Origin: Octopus sinensis
Taxonomy: Eukaryota
NCBI RefSeq assembly: GCF_006345805.1
Contig: NC_043014.1
Span: 13,330,001-13,394,000 of the forward strand
Direction of reading: 5' to 3'
Length of the DNA stretch: 64,000 bases
This document shows positions 39,114 to 50,950 of this stretch, in pieces; position 1 is the first letter of the stretch, and each line of letters begins with the position of its first letter. The notes below the pieces were generated by a model. It saw only the letters and a program-made list of their open reading frames with translations. It did no database searches and was not told where the DNA came from. Made by a program: the position numbers and the translations under genes.

Positions 39114-39153
39114 ACAACCCCATTACCTTCATTTCAATAAGGAATTAAATTAG
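39114..39153 (+). CDS. MFSD5: Candidate terminal exon of MFSD5-like gene ((K)QPHYLHFNKELN*)
   Basis: tattttacAG acceptor, phase-compatible with a donor at 32231. Followed by unique AT-rich UTR-like sequence with AATAAA near 39475. No family motif confirms it. Confidence 0.4.
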
Positions 39154-42100
39154 ACAAAACCCGTTTTAGAGAATTTATTTATATGAAAAGAAACATATAA
39201 TGATTTATTTTGAAAACTGTGAATAATGAATAACATTTGTTTTATAAAATATATTTTTATTAAATTTTATTAAGTCACCTCACAGAACTTCAGAAATTTT
39301 TTTTCATAAAACGTTTGGCTTCTTCGGAATCCACTTTGGGAAATCCTGTCTTACAACAAAATTCCAAGGCCACAAACTTATTGTGGGAGGGTAAAACCAA
39401 TTGAATTTCTTCTAATAATTACTGGTACTTTTTTTATAAGGACAATTATGTAACATACCATAGAATTTATGGTTCAATAAAGTCTGTGTAAGAAACTTAT
39501 TTCTGTGTTTTAAAATAATTTCATGGTATACAACCCTAAAAAGGGAACGTGACTTTTTCTGCTCTGGTACAGTTAACACCAAATTGGTTGTGACCTAAGC
39601 AGGTGGAGGGATTGCGGGTTCGAATCTTGATCAATTTGTTCTTCAACTTGTTTCTTCTCTCTAAGATTTATACCCGCAAAATTGCTTTAAAACTTGTTTA
39701 AGAACAAAGTTAAAAATGTTTTTCTATATCCTTTATATTTTTATCTTTTATTTCTTTCTGTCACTGAGCTTCAGCCATGCTGGAGCACCATCTTGAAGAG
39801 CTTTAGTGAAACAAATTGAACCCAGGTTTTAAAGTCTGGTACTTATTCTATCAGTCTCTTTTGCTGAACTGCTAAGTTGCAGGGATGTAAACGAACCAAC
39901 ACCAATTGTCAAACAGTGAGGAGACAAACACAAAGACACACGCACACACATATATGTGTATGACAGCCTTCTTTCAGTTTATTATTTCTTTATTGCCCAC
40001 AAGGGGCTAAACATAGAGGGGACAAACAAGGACAGACAAAGGGATTAAGGCAATTACATCAACCCCAGTGCGTAACTGGTGCTTAATTTATCGACCCTGA
40101 AAGGATGAAAGGCAAAGTCAACGTCAGTGGAATTTGAACTCAGAACATAGTGATGGGCGAAATACTGCTAAGCATTTCGCCTGGCATGCTAACGTTTCTG
40201 CCAGCTCGCCTTCTTTCAGTTTCTGTCTATCAAAACGATTCACAAGGCTTTGATCAGCTCAGGGCTATTGTAGAAAAACACTTGCTCAACGTGCCACACA
40301 GTGGGACAGAACTGAGAACCATGTGGTTGAAAAGTAAACTTCTTATCACACAGCCATGCCTACACCTTGCAAACTTCTTAACACACTACAGTGCCTACAC
40401 CTTACTGTACTTATATTTTAACCTTGAAAGTTTTCAGCTGGATTTGAACCAAGAACACAGGTAAACAAAACTGAATCCTATAAAAAAAAAACTGTAGTAT
40501 TCTACCATTTCTACCACTTTGTACTATTTTACAAGTCAAAGAAAATGCTTGTTTTCTCAGAATTGTTTTCTTGTTAATCATGGTGTTCTTTGACCACTGT
40601 CCCAACATACATATGTTGGCTTGGCTACCTTTCTTATTCTTCTCAGTTTTGTCCCCCAGTTAATCCTGGTACCATCAGAAAACATCACTCCCCAGCAAAG
40701 TGTCCTACCCTATTGAAACGTAATAATATTCCTCTCCTCTTCTTCATGTTTATACTCACAAATTACCACCACAAAACATCACTAGTTTTCTCAGATCCTA
40801 CGGTTTACTTTATTAAACCTGTTGTTGGCCTGCGAAGGGGCTGATTTCAAAGTCTCTTGTGGACATAGAGACAATAGCAAGGTTCCCTTAAAATTGAATT
40901 GCTGTTACATCTATTGTGTCACAAGTTACATGATTGATACATCCCCAAATTAATAGAAGTTACACAATATGTTACATCCAGAGCCACTGTAAATTAGATA
41001 TTACATTTTACAGTATCAGCATAAGTTACGCAGTAGTAGATACATCTATAGTATCACAAGATGATACATAGGTATACATCTATAATGTCACAAGAAGTTA
41101 CAGGATTGTTTCATCTACTATGCTCTCTCTTTTACTCTTTTACTTGTTTCAGTCATTTGACTGCAGCCATGCTGGAGCACTGCCTTTAATCGAGCAACTC
41201 GACCCCAGGATGGACACAGTCAAATGACTGAAACAAGTAAAAGAATAAAAGAAAAAAAAAGAATCTAGGAAGGTGGACTGATGGAATCATAATAGCATCA
41301 GACAGAATGCCTAGTAATTTTTAGTCTAGCTCTGGCGTTCTGAGTTCAAATCTTACTGTGGCAGACTTAATCCCTGCCCAGTTTAACACCACCATTTTGG
41401 TTCTTGGTTTTAGTTGAGAGTCCATTCTATTGCAACCATTCACATCAAGCTTCTAATTTGAAAATATTCCCCCCTTCCTATCAATATCTGAAGCCCTGGA
41501 AAGGAACATGGGCACTGCCCTTCCCTCTGATTTAGTAATAAAAAAAATAAAAAGACAGGCATGATTATTACAACTCTCCTTACTCCATCCATCTACCCAT
41601 TTTCTCAGCCCACTTTTTCCGGGAGGGTCACGGGGACTCTACAGTCCTCAGGCATCTCCTACATAGGGTCCTACCATGAGCATCAGCCAATACACTTTCT
41701 GGCTGGATTCCCAAGCATGACCAACAGAGACTACGAATATTATCCAACCATTTCATTCTTGATCCACCTCTAGGTCTCCCACAAGTTGGCCCTGCTTGAA
41801 GAATCCATCTTGTGATCCCATCCTGTGACATTCTAATTTAATGTCTGTAGTACCAGAACTATGATCTCTCAATGCAAGGAAGTTACAGCTTTATCTCAAG
41901 AGACCCCTGATCTCCAAGCTATGCATTCTGTCTTTAATGAGTTAATCAGGTCCTTTTATGCTTCCTAAAAGAAAAAAGGCTTTGGCTTTATGCTTAAGCA
42001 AGTAAGGATCAGGAATCATTCCCGAGTCCTCTTTCCTTGAGGTCTTATATAAGAATCAATGAAAGCTGCATCTCAAAGATAAAACTAAACCTACTCTTTC

Positions 42101-44339
42101 TATAAGTCGTGCAGCTCTTTAGATATTAAAGAGAGTTAGAACTGAGCAGGGTGCAATATTTGTAACAGCATGCCTTTAAAAGGAAGAAGGAAGAAAAAAA
42201 GAGAAACTGTTTCAATAAATATCATGCTCGTTTATTTTCGGGAGATAGATTATAAGTAATTGTATTGTCACAGTTTCTGTTACATATATCTTGATGACAG
42301 CGGCAACAGACATTGTAAGATACGATAGGGGAAGAAGAGATCAATACTCTATACATACACGCATGCACACACACACACACACACACACACGAATGTCAAT
42401 TAACCCTTTTAGTATTCAGATTATTCTGTCGAATGTAATGCTTATTTATTGATACTGTTTCAAATTAATCATACATTATCTCGTAGCTTCAAGTGTTTGA
42501 TGATGTACTTGCTTATTTTTAGAATGACATTGTAGGACGGGTGTGAGAGACCAGATCTGGCCACTTTGAGTGTAAATAGATAGAATATTTGAGCCAGATG
42601 TGGCCTGTTTAAATGCTGAATGGTTAAAGGGTAGCTAATGCAATGTATTTCAATGTTTCTTTGCAAATTGGGGTTTCAAACTTATACAAAGATGTTTAGC
42701 ATTTTCATGAAGGCATTAAACAAACTCAGAACAACCAAAGGGACAAAAAAAGAGAAGAGGATAAATACTGAAACATGAAAACAAGAGGGACTTATACAGC
42801 AGTTAAGGTCTGAGTCCTAGTGGTTAGGATGTTGCATTCAGATTGCAAGGTCATGGTTTCAATTCCGGGACCAGGTGGTGCATTGTGTTGTTGAACAAAG
42901 CACTTCATTTCACATTGCTCCAGTCTGCTCAGCTGTAAATGTGTAAACCCTGTGACAGACTGGCATCCTGTTCTTTGAGAATGTAGTGATCTCAGTCACT
43001 TACAAGCCTTTGAAATTGGGCTCAAGACAGTAATATCCAGGGGTTGATGACAAGGATGATTAAATAGAGTATAGAAATCAATATGAATCAATGAAAATTG
43101 TCAAAACTAGGGTCAAAGGTCAAAGACAAAAATAAAATTGCTCCAATTTTTCTTATTTCTTTATTGCCCACAAGGGGCTAAACATAAGGGGGACAACAAG
43201 GAGATTAAGTCGATTACATCGACCCTGTGCATAACTGGTACTTAATTTATCGACCCTGAAAGGATGAAAGGCAAAGTCGACCTCAACAGAATTTGAACTC
43301 AGAACGTAAAGACAGACAAAATACTGCTAAGCATTTCACCCAGCGTGCTAATGTTTCTGCTAGCTTGCCGCTCCAATTCTTTCTGATTATTGACAAATGA
43401 TGGATGGATAGGTAGAAGTGTTTGTGTACTAGCTTAGATGCTTGAAGCTTTGATAGATGTAGTGTACATTATACACACACACACACACACATCTTGTGTG
43501 ACATTAGTGTATACATAAACTGGGTAGTAGTCAGTTATTTAATTTATTAAAAATATATTGATTATACCTTTCATCTAAACACACATTACACACAGAAACA
43601 TGTATGTACACATGTAAGAATGTGTGTTGTATATATATTTTGATTATATTGCTCAAATCAAATTTAATGGTATAGCCAATGGCTGTGTAATTTATTGTTG
43701 CCATAAGAAAGGTACTGTATTGTTTGTTATTAGCAAAGCAATATGAATCTGTAAAGTGTTGTTGGCATAGCAATATAGCTATGTAGCTTTTGTTTGCATA
43801 GCAACAGCACTGTGTAGTTCATTGTTGGCATAGCAACGTTACTGTGCAGTGTTCTGTGTGGTTTGTTGTTGGCATAACAACAGTGTTGTATAGTGTATTG
43901 TTAGCCAGAGAAAATAGATTATGTACTTTGTTGCTGGTATTGCAACATGGTTCTGTAGTTTATTGTTAGCTGTAGCAAAAGGGCCGTAGTGTTTGTTTTA
44001 GGTCTTAGTAGCATGACTGTTGTTTGTTGCGGACCATAACAACAGAAATAAGTATTTTGTTATTTTATAGATTAGTTTATGGAAGTTGGTGCTATTCATT
44101 GCTCTCTCTCTCTCTCTCTCTCTCTGCCATTTGCCAGCCTCGTCTGGCACCTGTGCCAGTGGCACGTAAAAAGCACCCACTACACTCACAGAGTGGTTGG
44201 CGTTAGGAAGGGCATCCAGCCGTAGAAACATTGCCAGATCAGACTGGGCCTGGTGCAGCCTTCTGGCTTCCCAGACCCCAGTTGAACCGTCCAACCCATG
44301 CTAGCATGGAAAGCAGACGCTAAATGATGATGATGATGA

Positions 44340-44397
<58 letters not shown>

Positions 44398-44473
44398 TTT
44401 ATAGAAGGAGCTTCTACAGGACTAGAACTGTTTCATTCAAATGAAATCATCAGGAATCATCAGGAAGTGCTTC

Positions 44474-44513
44474 CTGATGATTTCATTTGAATGAAACAGT
44501 TCTAGTCCTGTAG
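44474..44513 (+). ncRNA. Hammerhead-like core in fold-back
   Basis: CTGATGA-TTTCatttGAAT-GAAAC-AGTTCTA-GTC-CTGTAG. The 5' strand of stem I is absent, apparently removed by the inversion junction. Confidence 0.35.
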
Positions 44514-44723
44514 AAGCTCCTTCTATAAAATAAATTAATTTACTCTGCCATGTATTGAGTACCTTATTTACTGTGGTTAACCCCGACTCAACCCGGGACC
44601 TACATATATATATATATATCGTGAAGTATATTACACTTTTTTGATATCAGTGACTTTTCGTCACTGGAAAAGGATATATATTTGCAAAGAAACGCCTAAT
44701 TTTCATCGACAACCGGTGATTGT

Positions 44724-44768
44724 CACACGCTGATGATGGGTCAATACCCAGAAACTTGACTCCATGTG
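44724..44768 (+). ncRNA. Degenerate hammerhead motif
   Basis: CACACG-CTGATGA-TGGGtcaataCCCA-GAAAC-TTGA-CTC-CATGTG. Core and stem II intact; stems I and III carry mismatches, partly CpG-decay-like. Confidence 0.55.
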
Positions 44769-44985
44769 TATCATACAGGTTGAAGATGGGAAGGATGGCT
44801 TCCCTTTGCAAATACTGAAAGAGCACAGAAAGTGTGTCAATAGCCAGCTGGATGAGGTGTTCTCCTGGGGCTACAAGCTACAGTAGTCTCCACCCTTAAG
44901 GGTTAGCCACATTCAAGTAGTAAAATATACTTCATGATGTCATGCAGCTGCTGTTTATACCTTGCTCAGTGATATATACATATAC

Positions 44986-45019
<34 letters not shown>

Positions 45020-45021
<2 letters not shown>

Positions 45022-45360
45022 AGCGCCGCTCCGACTGGCTTCTGTGCCGGTTGCACATAAAAAGCACCATCTGAACGTTGCCAGCGCCGCCTTGGCTGGC
45101 TTCCGTGCCGCTGGCATGTTAAAAGCTCCAACCGATCGTGGCCGATGCCGGACCCCCTCTGGCACCTGTGCAGGTGGCACGTAAAAAGCACCCACTACAC
45201 TCGCGGAGTGGTTGGCGTTAGGAAGGGCATCCAGCCGTAGAAACTCTGCCAGATCAGATTGGAGCCTGGAGCAGCCCCTGGCTTCCCAGACCCCGGCCGA
45301 ACCGTCCAGCCTGTGCTAGCGCGGAAAACGGACGTTAAACGATGATGATGATGATGATGA
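45020..45360 (+). mobile_element. SINE-like repeat with RTE-type 3' end and (GAT)n tail
   Basis: gagtggttggcgttaggaagggcatccagc..ggacgttaaacgatgatgat. Other copies at ~18910-19250(-), 28240-28590, 44130-44345, 48840-49295, 51010-51475, 58090-58430(-), 62575-62890. Confidence 0.85.
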
Positions 45361-47272
45361 TATATATATATATATAGATAGATAGATAAATAGAGCAAGA
45401 GAGAGAGAGAGCGTAGAATTACAGACTGTTTAGGTATATATATCGATGTATGTATGTATATGCATGCGTGTATATACATACATATGGAATTACACTGACA
45501 ACCTGAACTCATAATGGTTTGGTCCCATTTGACAATAAATACCCCACGATGTTACCTCTCACTGTGCAAGCAGTAAAACTGCTGGAAATTCAAAAGAACT
45601 TGCTATACATCAAAGACATGTAGAGCAAGAACAGATAGATTGACATGTCATGAAGCCTTGCTTTATCTTTATTTCATTATGTCTATTCATTTTTTAGGGT
45701 AAAAGAAAAAAAAAAAAACTTGTGTTCTGAGAGTGCTGTGGTACTCAAAAGGCAGAAATTGATGTTTCGTCAGGTGGTGAAGTACCACCAGTGCTTATCA
45801 GGGCCGCTCACCAAAACTCCTACTTAACATTATGAGCTTTACTCTTTTACTCTTTTACTTGTTTCAGTCATTTGACTGCGGCCATGCTGGAGCACCGCCT
45901 TTAGTCAAGCAAATCGACCCCGGGACTTATAATGATATATAATGAAATTATTGTATACAGTGCTCAGGTGCACCACAACTTGTCAGAAAGTGCATATAAA
46001 GTACATGCAGTAATGTAGAAATGTCTGGAAAGTGAACATGCTTGTGTGTGTATGGAGGGGAGAAAATCAAGTGTAGTGTTGGCAAATCTCAGGAAGCATG
46101 GAAGTCTTGAAGGATGCAGTGCTCCGACAACTAACAACCGATGCTGGCAGTTTGTTCCACGCTTCAGCAACTCTCAGCGTGAAAAACCTTATTCTTTGTA
46201 AGCCCAGTACTTATTCTATCGGTCTTTTTTGCTGAACCGCTAAGTGACAGGGACGTAAATACCAGCATCGGTTGCCAAGCAATGCTAGAGGGACAAACAC
46301 ACACACATACATATATATACATATATACATATATACGACAGGCTTCTTTCAGTTTCTGTCTACCAAATCCACTCACAAGGCATTGGTCGGCCCAGGGCTA
46401 TAGCAGAAGACACTTGCCCAAGATGCCATGCAGTGGGACTGAACCCGGAACCATGTGGTTAGTTAGCAAGCTACTTACCACACAGCCACTCCTGCTTTGT
46501 GGAATTGGATGTTGTGACTCTTGGTCACATGTTTCTATCATCCTCAATGCTCATTATTGCTACACCATTCGTCCTTTCTCTTGATCCGCATGTAATGGCT
46601 TGCTTTTTCGGTGGCTTCCAGCCATTTCCTAGCAACCTCTTTTCTTCTCCATCACAACTGTTCAAGACTCTTGAGCATCGAGTGAACCCTGGTCCCAACA
46701 AATCCCCTAATGCTTATCTCTACAGGAAAGCATATTGTCTCCCATCCATTGTAGTCACAGAGTTCAACCAACTTCATGAAGACAAAAATCTGTAATAGTG
46801 CCTTTACTATCAATTAGGTTATGAACTTCATTGCACCAACATTTTACCAAACTGGTTCCATTGTTATAGAGTTCTATGTGGTTCCTAAATTTTTAAACTA
46901 GCGGTATTGCCCGGCGTTGCTCGGGTTTGTTTCAACTCTTTAGAATTGGAATTTTTGAAAAGTAAAAATTTTGCATTATGTAGCTTGTTATTCTCTTTAT
47001 GTGAACATTTTTCTGGTTGAAATACACCGAAAAATGGCGACACAGCAGTCAAAAAATTGTAAAAAAAATAGGATGTTCATAGAAAAAAAGCTCCTTTTTG
47101 ATGTAAATAATTTTTGGCTTAACATGGTCCGATTTGAATTTTATCTTCTAGGGAATGAAGAGCAAGCCTTCTTCTATCATACTCTCAATTTTGGTCAACT
47201 TGCACCGCAGGGTCTCAGAGGAGATAGTGTTAGTTGAAGGCTACCAAACTGCCACACAGACAACTTCAGCTT

Positions 47273-47322
<50 letters not shown>

Positions 47323-48524
47323 TAAGGCAAAAACATTTTTTACAAAGCTATTAAGTGCAGGTCAAACATGTTCTCTCCCTCTCTCTCTCTACTAGCCTAA
47401 ACACAGTCCTGGAGTGAGTATGGAGACTGTCTGTGTTACACCCAGTAATGAATGAATGAATACACTTAATAAAGCACAAAGACAATACAACTGCTGTATA
47501 CATTAATATAAAAGCAAACAGATATCTTATTTCTTTACTACCCACAAGGGGCTAAACATAGAGGGGACAAACAAGGACAGACAAAGGGATTAAGTCGATT
47601 AGATCGACCCGTGCATAACTGGTACTTAATTTATCAACTCTGAAAGGATGAAAGGCAAAGTCGACCTCGGCGGAATTTGAACTCAGAATGTAGCGGCAGA
47701 CAAAATACCTATTTCTTTACTACCCACAAGGGGCTAAACATAGAGGGGACAAACAAGGACAGACAAAGGGATTAAGTCGATTAGATCGACCCCAGTGCAT
47801 AACTGGTACTTAATTTATCGACCCTGAAAGGATGAAAGGCAAAGTGACCTGGCAGAATTTGAACTCAGAACATAACGAGAGACAAAATACCACTAGGCAT
47901 TTCGCCTAGCGAGCTAACATTTCTGCCAGCTTGCCACCTCACCGACAGATATCTGTCAGTTTTGACAATGACTGTTCAGTCATTCCATAAACTGAAATTA
48001 TCTGCTCACTGAATTAGCAAGCAAGGTACAGCTGTGTGGTGAAGGAGCTTACTTGTCAACCATGTGGTCTTAGGATCAGTCCCACTGCACAGCACCTTGA
48101 ATGACTGTCTTCTATTATAGCCCAGGGCCTACCAAAGACTTGAGAAAGGACTCAGTAGATGCAAACTAAAAGCCTGTCATATACATACATACGCTCACAA
48201 AAATATACATAATCCTGTGAGGTAAACCCAGGATTTACCCTTCAGATCAATTACAGTAGGATTGTTCCCCATAATTAATCCTAGGTGTTACTTACAACTT
48301 GATGTGGTTAGCCTGAATCCAGATTATAACTGAGTGCTTGTACAATATCCACCTGCATAATTTGTCCCTGTATACTCATTGTGTGTGTGTAACAAGATCT
48401 CACTAAACTAGAAACCCTAAAATAAATATAACCCTAACTATAAGTAGAATCTTAATGAAGAACAATCATGCAACATCAATGTGTTATAATACAAACAATT
48501 AAGCCACCACACACCAAGAAAGAA

Positions 48525-48577
<53 letters not shown>

Positions 48578-50239
48578 TAAAATATTAGAAAAAACCCACC
48601 TTTTCTCAATTCAAAATGAATAATTAAATTACACCATCTAGAAAATTACATTTTCTAGATGGTGTAATTCAATTATTCATTTTGAATTGATAAAAGGTGG
48701 TTTTTTTCTAATATTTTTTATATATATATTATATTGTGTGGAATTTGATTTAGTATTTCTAAATTGAATTCTTTTTCCTTGTAAGTTTGGATTTTATTCC
48801 CTCAAATATTAATTAAATATATATATATACAAATTGTAGATGTGTTACCAGTGCCGGTGGCATGTCGAAACTCTACTTGTGAAGACCCGTTGAGGCAAGT
48901 GAGGATCAGAATGGAAATCGATCAATGGAAATTGCAGATGTGTTACCAGTGCCGGTGGCATGTCAGAGAACCTTCCATTTCGCGACCGTTGCCAGCACCG
49001 CCCCGTTTCGTGTCCGTTGCCAGCCTCGCCTGGCCCTTGTGCCGGTGGCACATAAGAAGCACCATCCGTTCGTGGCCGTTTGCCAGCTCTGTCTGGCACC
49101 TGTGCGGGTGGCACGTAAAAAGCACCCACTACACTCACGGAGTGGTTGGCGTTAGGAAGGGCATCCAGCCGTAGAAACACTGCCAGATTTGACTGGGCCT
49201 GATGAAGCCTTCTGGCTTCACAGACCCCAGTAGAACCGTCCAACCCATGCTAGCATGGAAAACGGACGCTAAACGATGATGATGATGATGATGATGAAAT
49301 TGAGATAGGGGTTGCAAATTCAACCCTCCATGGGATAACATATATCCAATATACTGCTAGTGAAGTACCCAACAAAGTTAATACATAAATGTTAAGAATT
49401 GCGATGCAATTAATTCATTTACTGTATTACATGGGCAAAGGTAAAATGTTTTACCATGAATTAATAATACAAAATTAGAAAATGGAGAAATACATCCAAA
49501 TCATTAATCAACTACCAGATAATACCCAATCACATACTTTACTGAACCACTACATAAGAACATTAAGGTTAAACATAAAAATATATAACAAAACAGCGTA
49601 CATGAATGAGTAATACAATACAATAGGTACAAACATTATAAGAGGATATAAATAAATAAATATAAATATACACTATTATATTTATATCTATTTATATTTA
49701 TTTATTTATATCCTCTTATAATGTTTGTACCTATTGTATTGTATTACTCATTCATGTACGCTGTTTTGTTATATATTTTTATGTTTAACCTTAATGTTCT
49801 TATGTAGTGGTTCAATAAAGTATGTGATTGGGTATTATCTGGTAGTTGATTAATGATTTGGATGTATTTCTCCATTTTCTTGTTTTGTATATATATATAT
49901 ATATATATATATAATTTCAAATTAATAATAAAAGGGGAAAATTAATCAATTAAATTAATTAATTAATCAATCAATTAATTAATAATTTTACTAAGTAGAT
50001 TGGTATGTTAAAATAACCTTTATAGGTAAAATTATACAAATATTATATAATTAGGTGTCGGCTAATTGCTTCACCACATACCGAATTTAGAAACAGGAGT
50101 TAAAAATTCCTTTTCTACTACTGTTTTTCTCTTTGCCTATGTAAAAAAGTGTGTTACTGTTGTGGAGATTCTTACAGTAGTAAAAAAGGAATTTTTAACT
50201 CCTATTTCTAAATATATATATATATATATGCGTACCTGT

Positions 50240-50950
50240 GCTAACATTTATTGGATGGCCGTTGACTCTCAAGAGGTCCTCCGCCCTTTGATGGGTTTTC
50301 TTTTTCATCCCGCAGGGTGTCCAATAAACACCCTCCTCACCAAGCAAGCTTGGTGGGGTTGCCGGTTTAGTCGCCAACAACCCGACTATGCAACAGGATC
50401 CTGAAGATATCTTGTCTATTGAGGCGATGGTGCACAAGCACCGGTTGCATTGGACTGGACACCTTATTAGAATGGAGGATAGAAGGATTCCTAAGCAGAT
50501 GCTCTATGGAGAACTTGTGAATGGAAGGAGACTCCGGCAGAAACCAAGGCTGCGATTTAAGGACTGTGTCAAGTCCACATTAAAGGCCTGTGATATGCAG
50601 GACACTGACTGGGCGAACAATGCCTGTCATCGCCACAGATGGAGGAAGCAGGGTAAGGAGGGGATCGACACTTTTGAGAAGGCACGTATCCAGCATGAAG
50701 AACTTAAGCGAGTTGTGCGAAAGCGCACAGCTCGTATAGTGAATGAGGAAAGCTTGGTCTGCAATGTTTGCAGTCGTGTATGCTTGTCAAGAGCAGGGCT
50801 CATTAGCCACCAACGGAGCCGCAAATGCAAAATATAAGTTTGTCCTAGAGCGCACAATGTTCCTGAAGGTCGGCAATGGTCTTCCTCGGTCACGAGTGGA
50901 CGGCCATCATATATATATGAATGGTGGTGCCCCGGCAAGGCCACAGCTTG
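50240..50950 (+). mobile_element. RTE/BovB-like LINE relic: C-terminal ORF with CCHH-type zinc finger
   Basis: HRLHWTGHLIRMEDRRIPKQMLYGELVNGRRLRQKPRLRFKDCVK..CNVCSRVCLSRAGLISHQR. Confidence 0.88.

Noticed and set aside
49198-49230. CTGATGA followed by an AAGCC/GGCTT hairpin
   Set aside because: No GAAA or stem III follows. It is a mutated ctggtgcagcc segment of a SINE.
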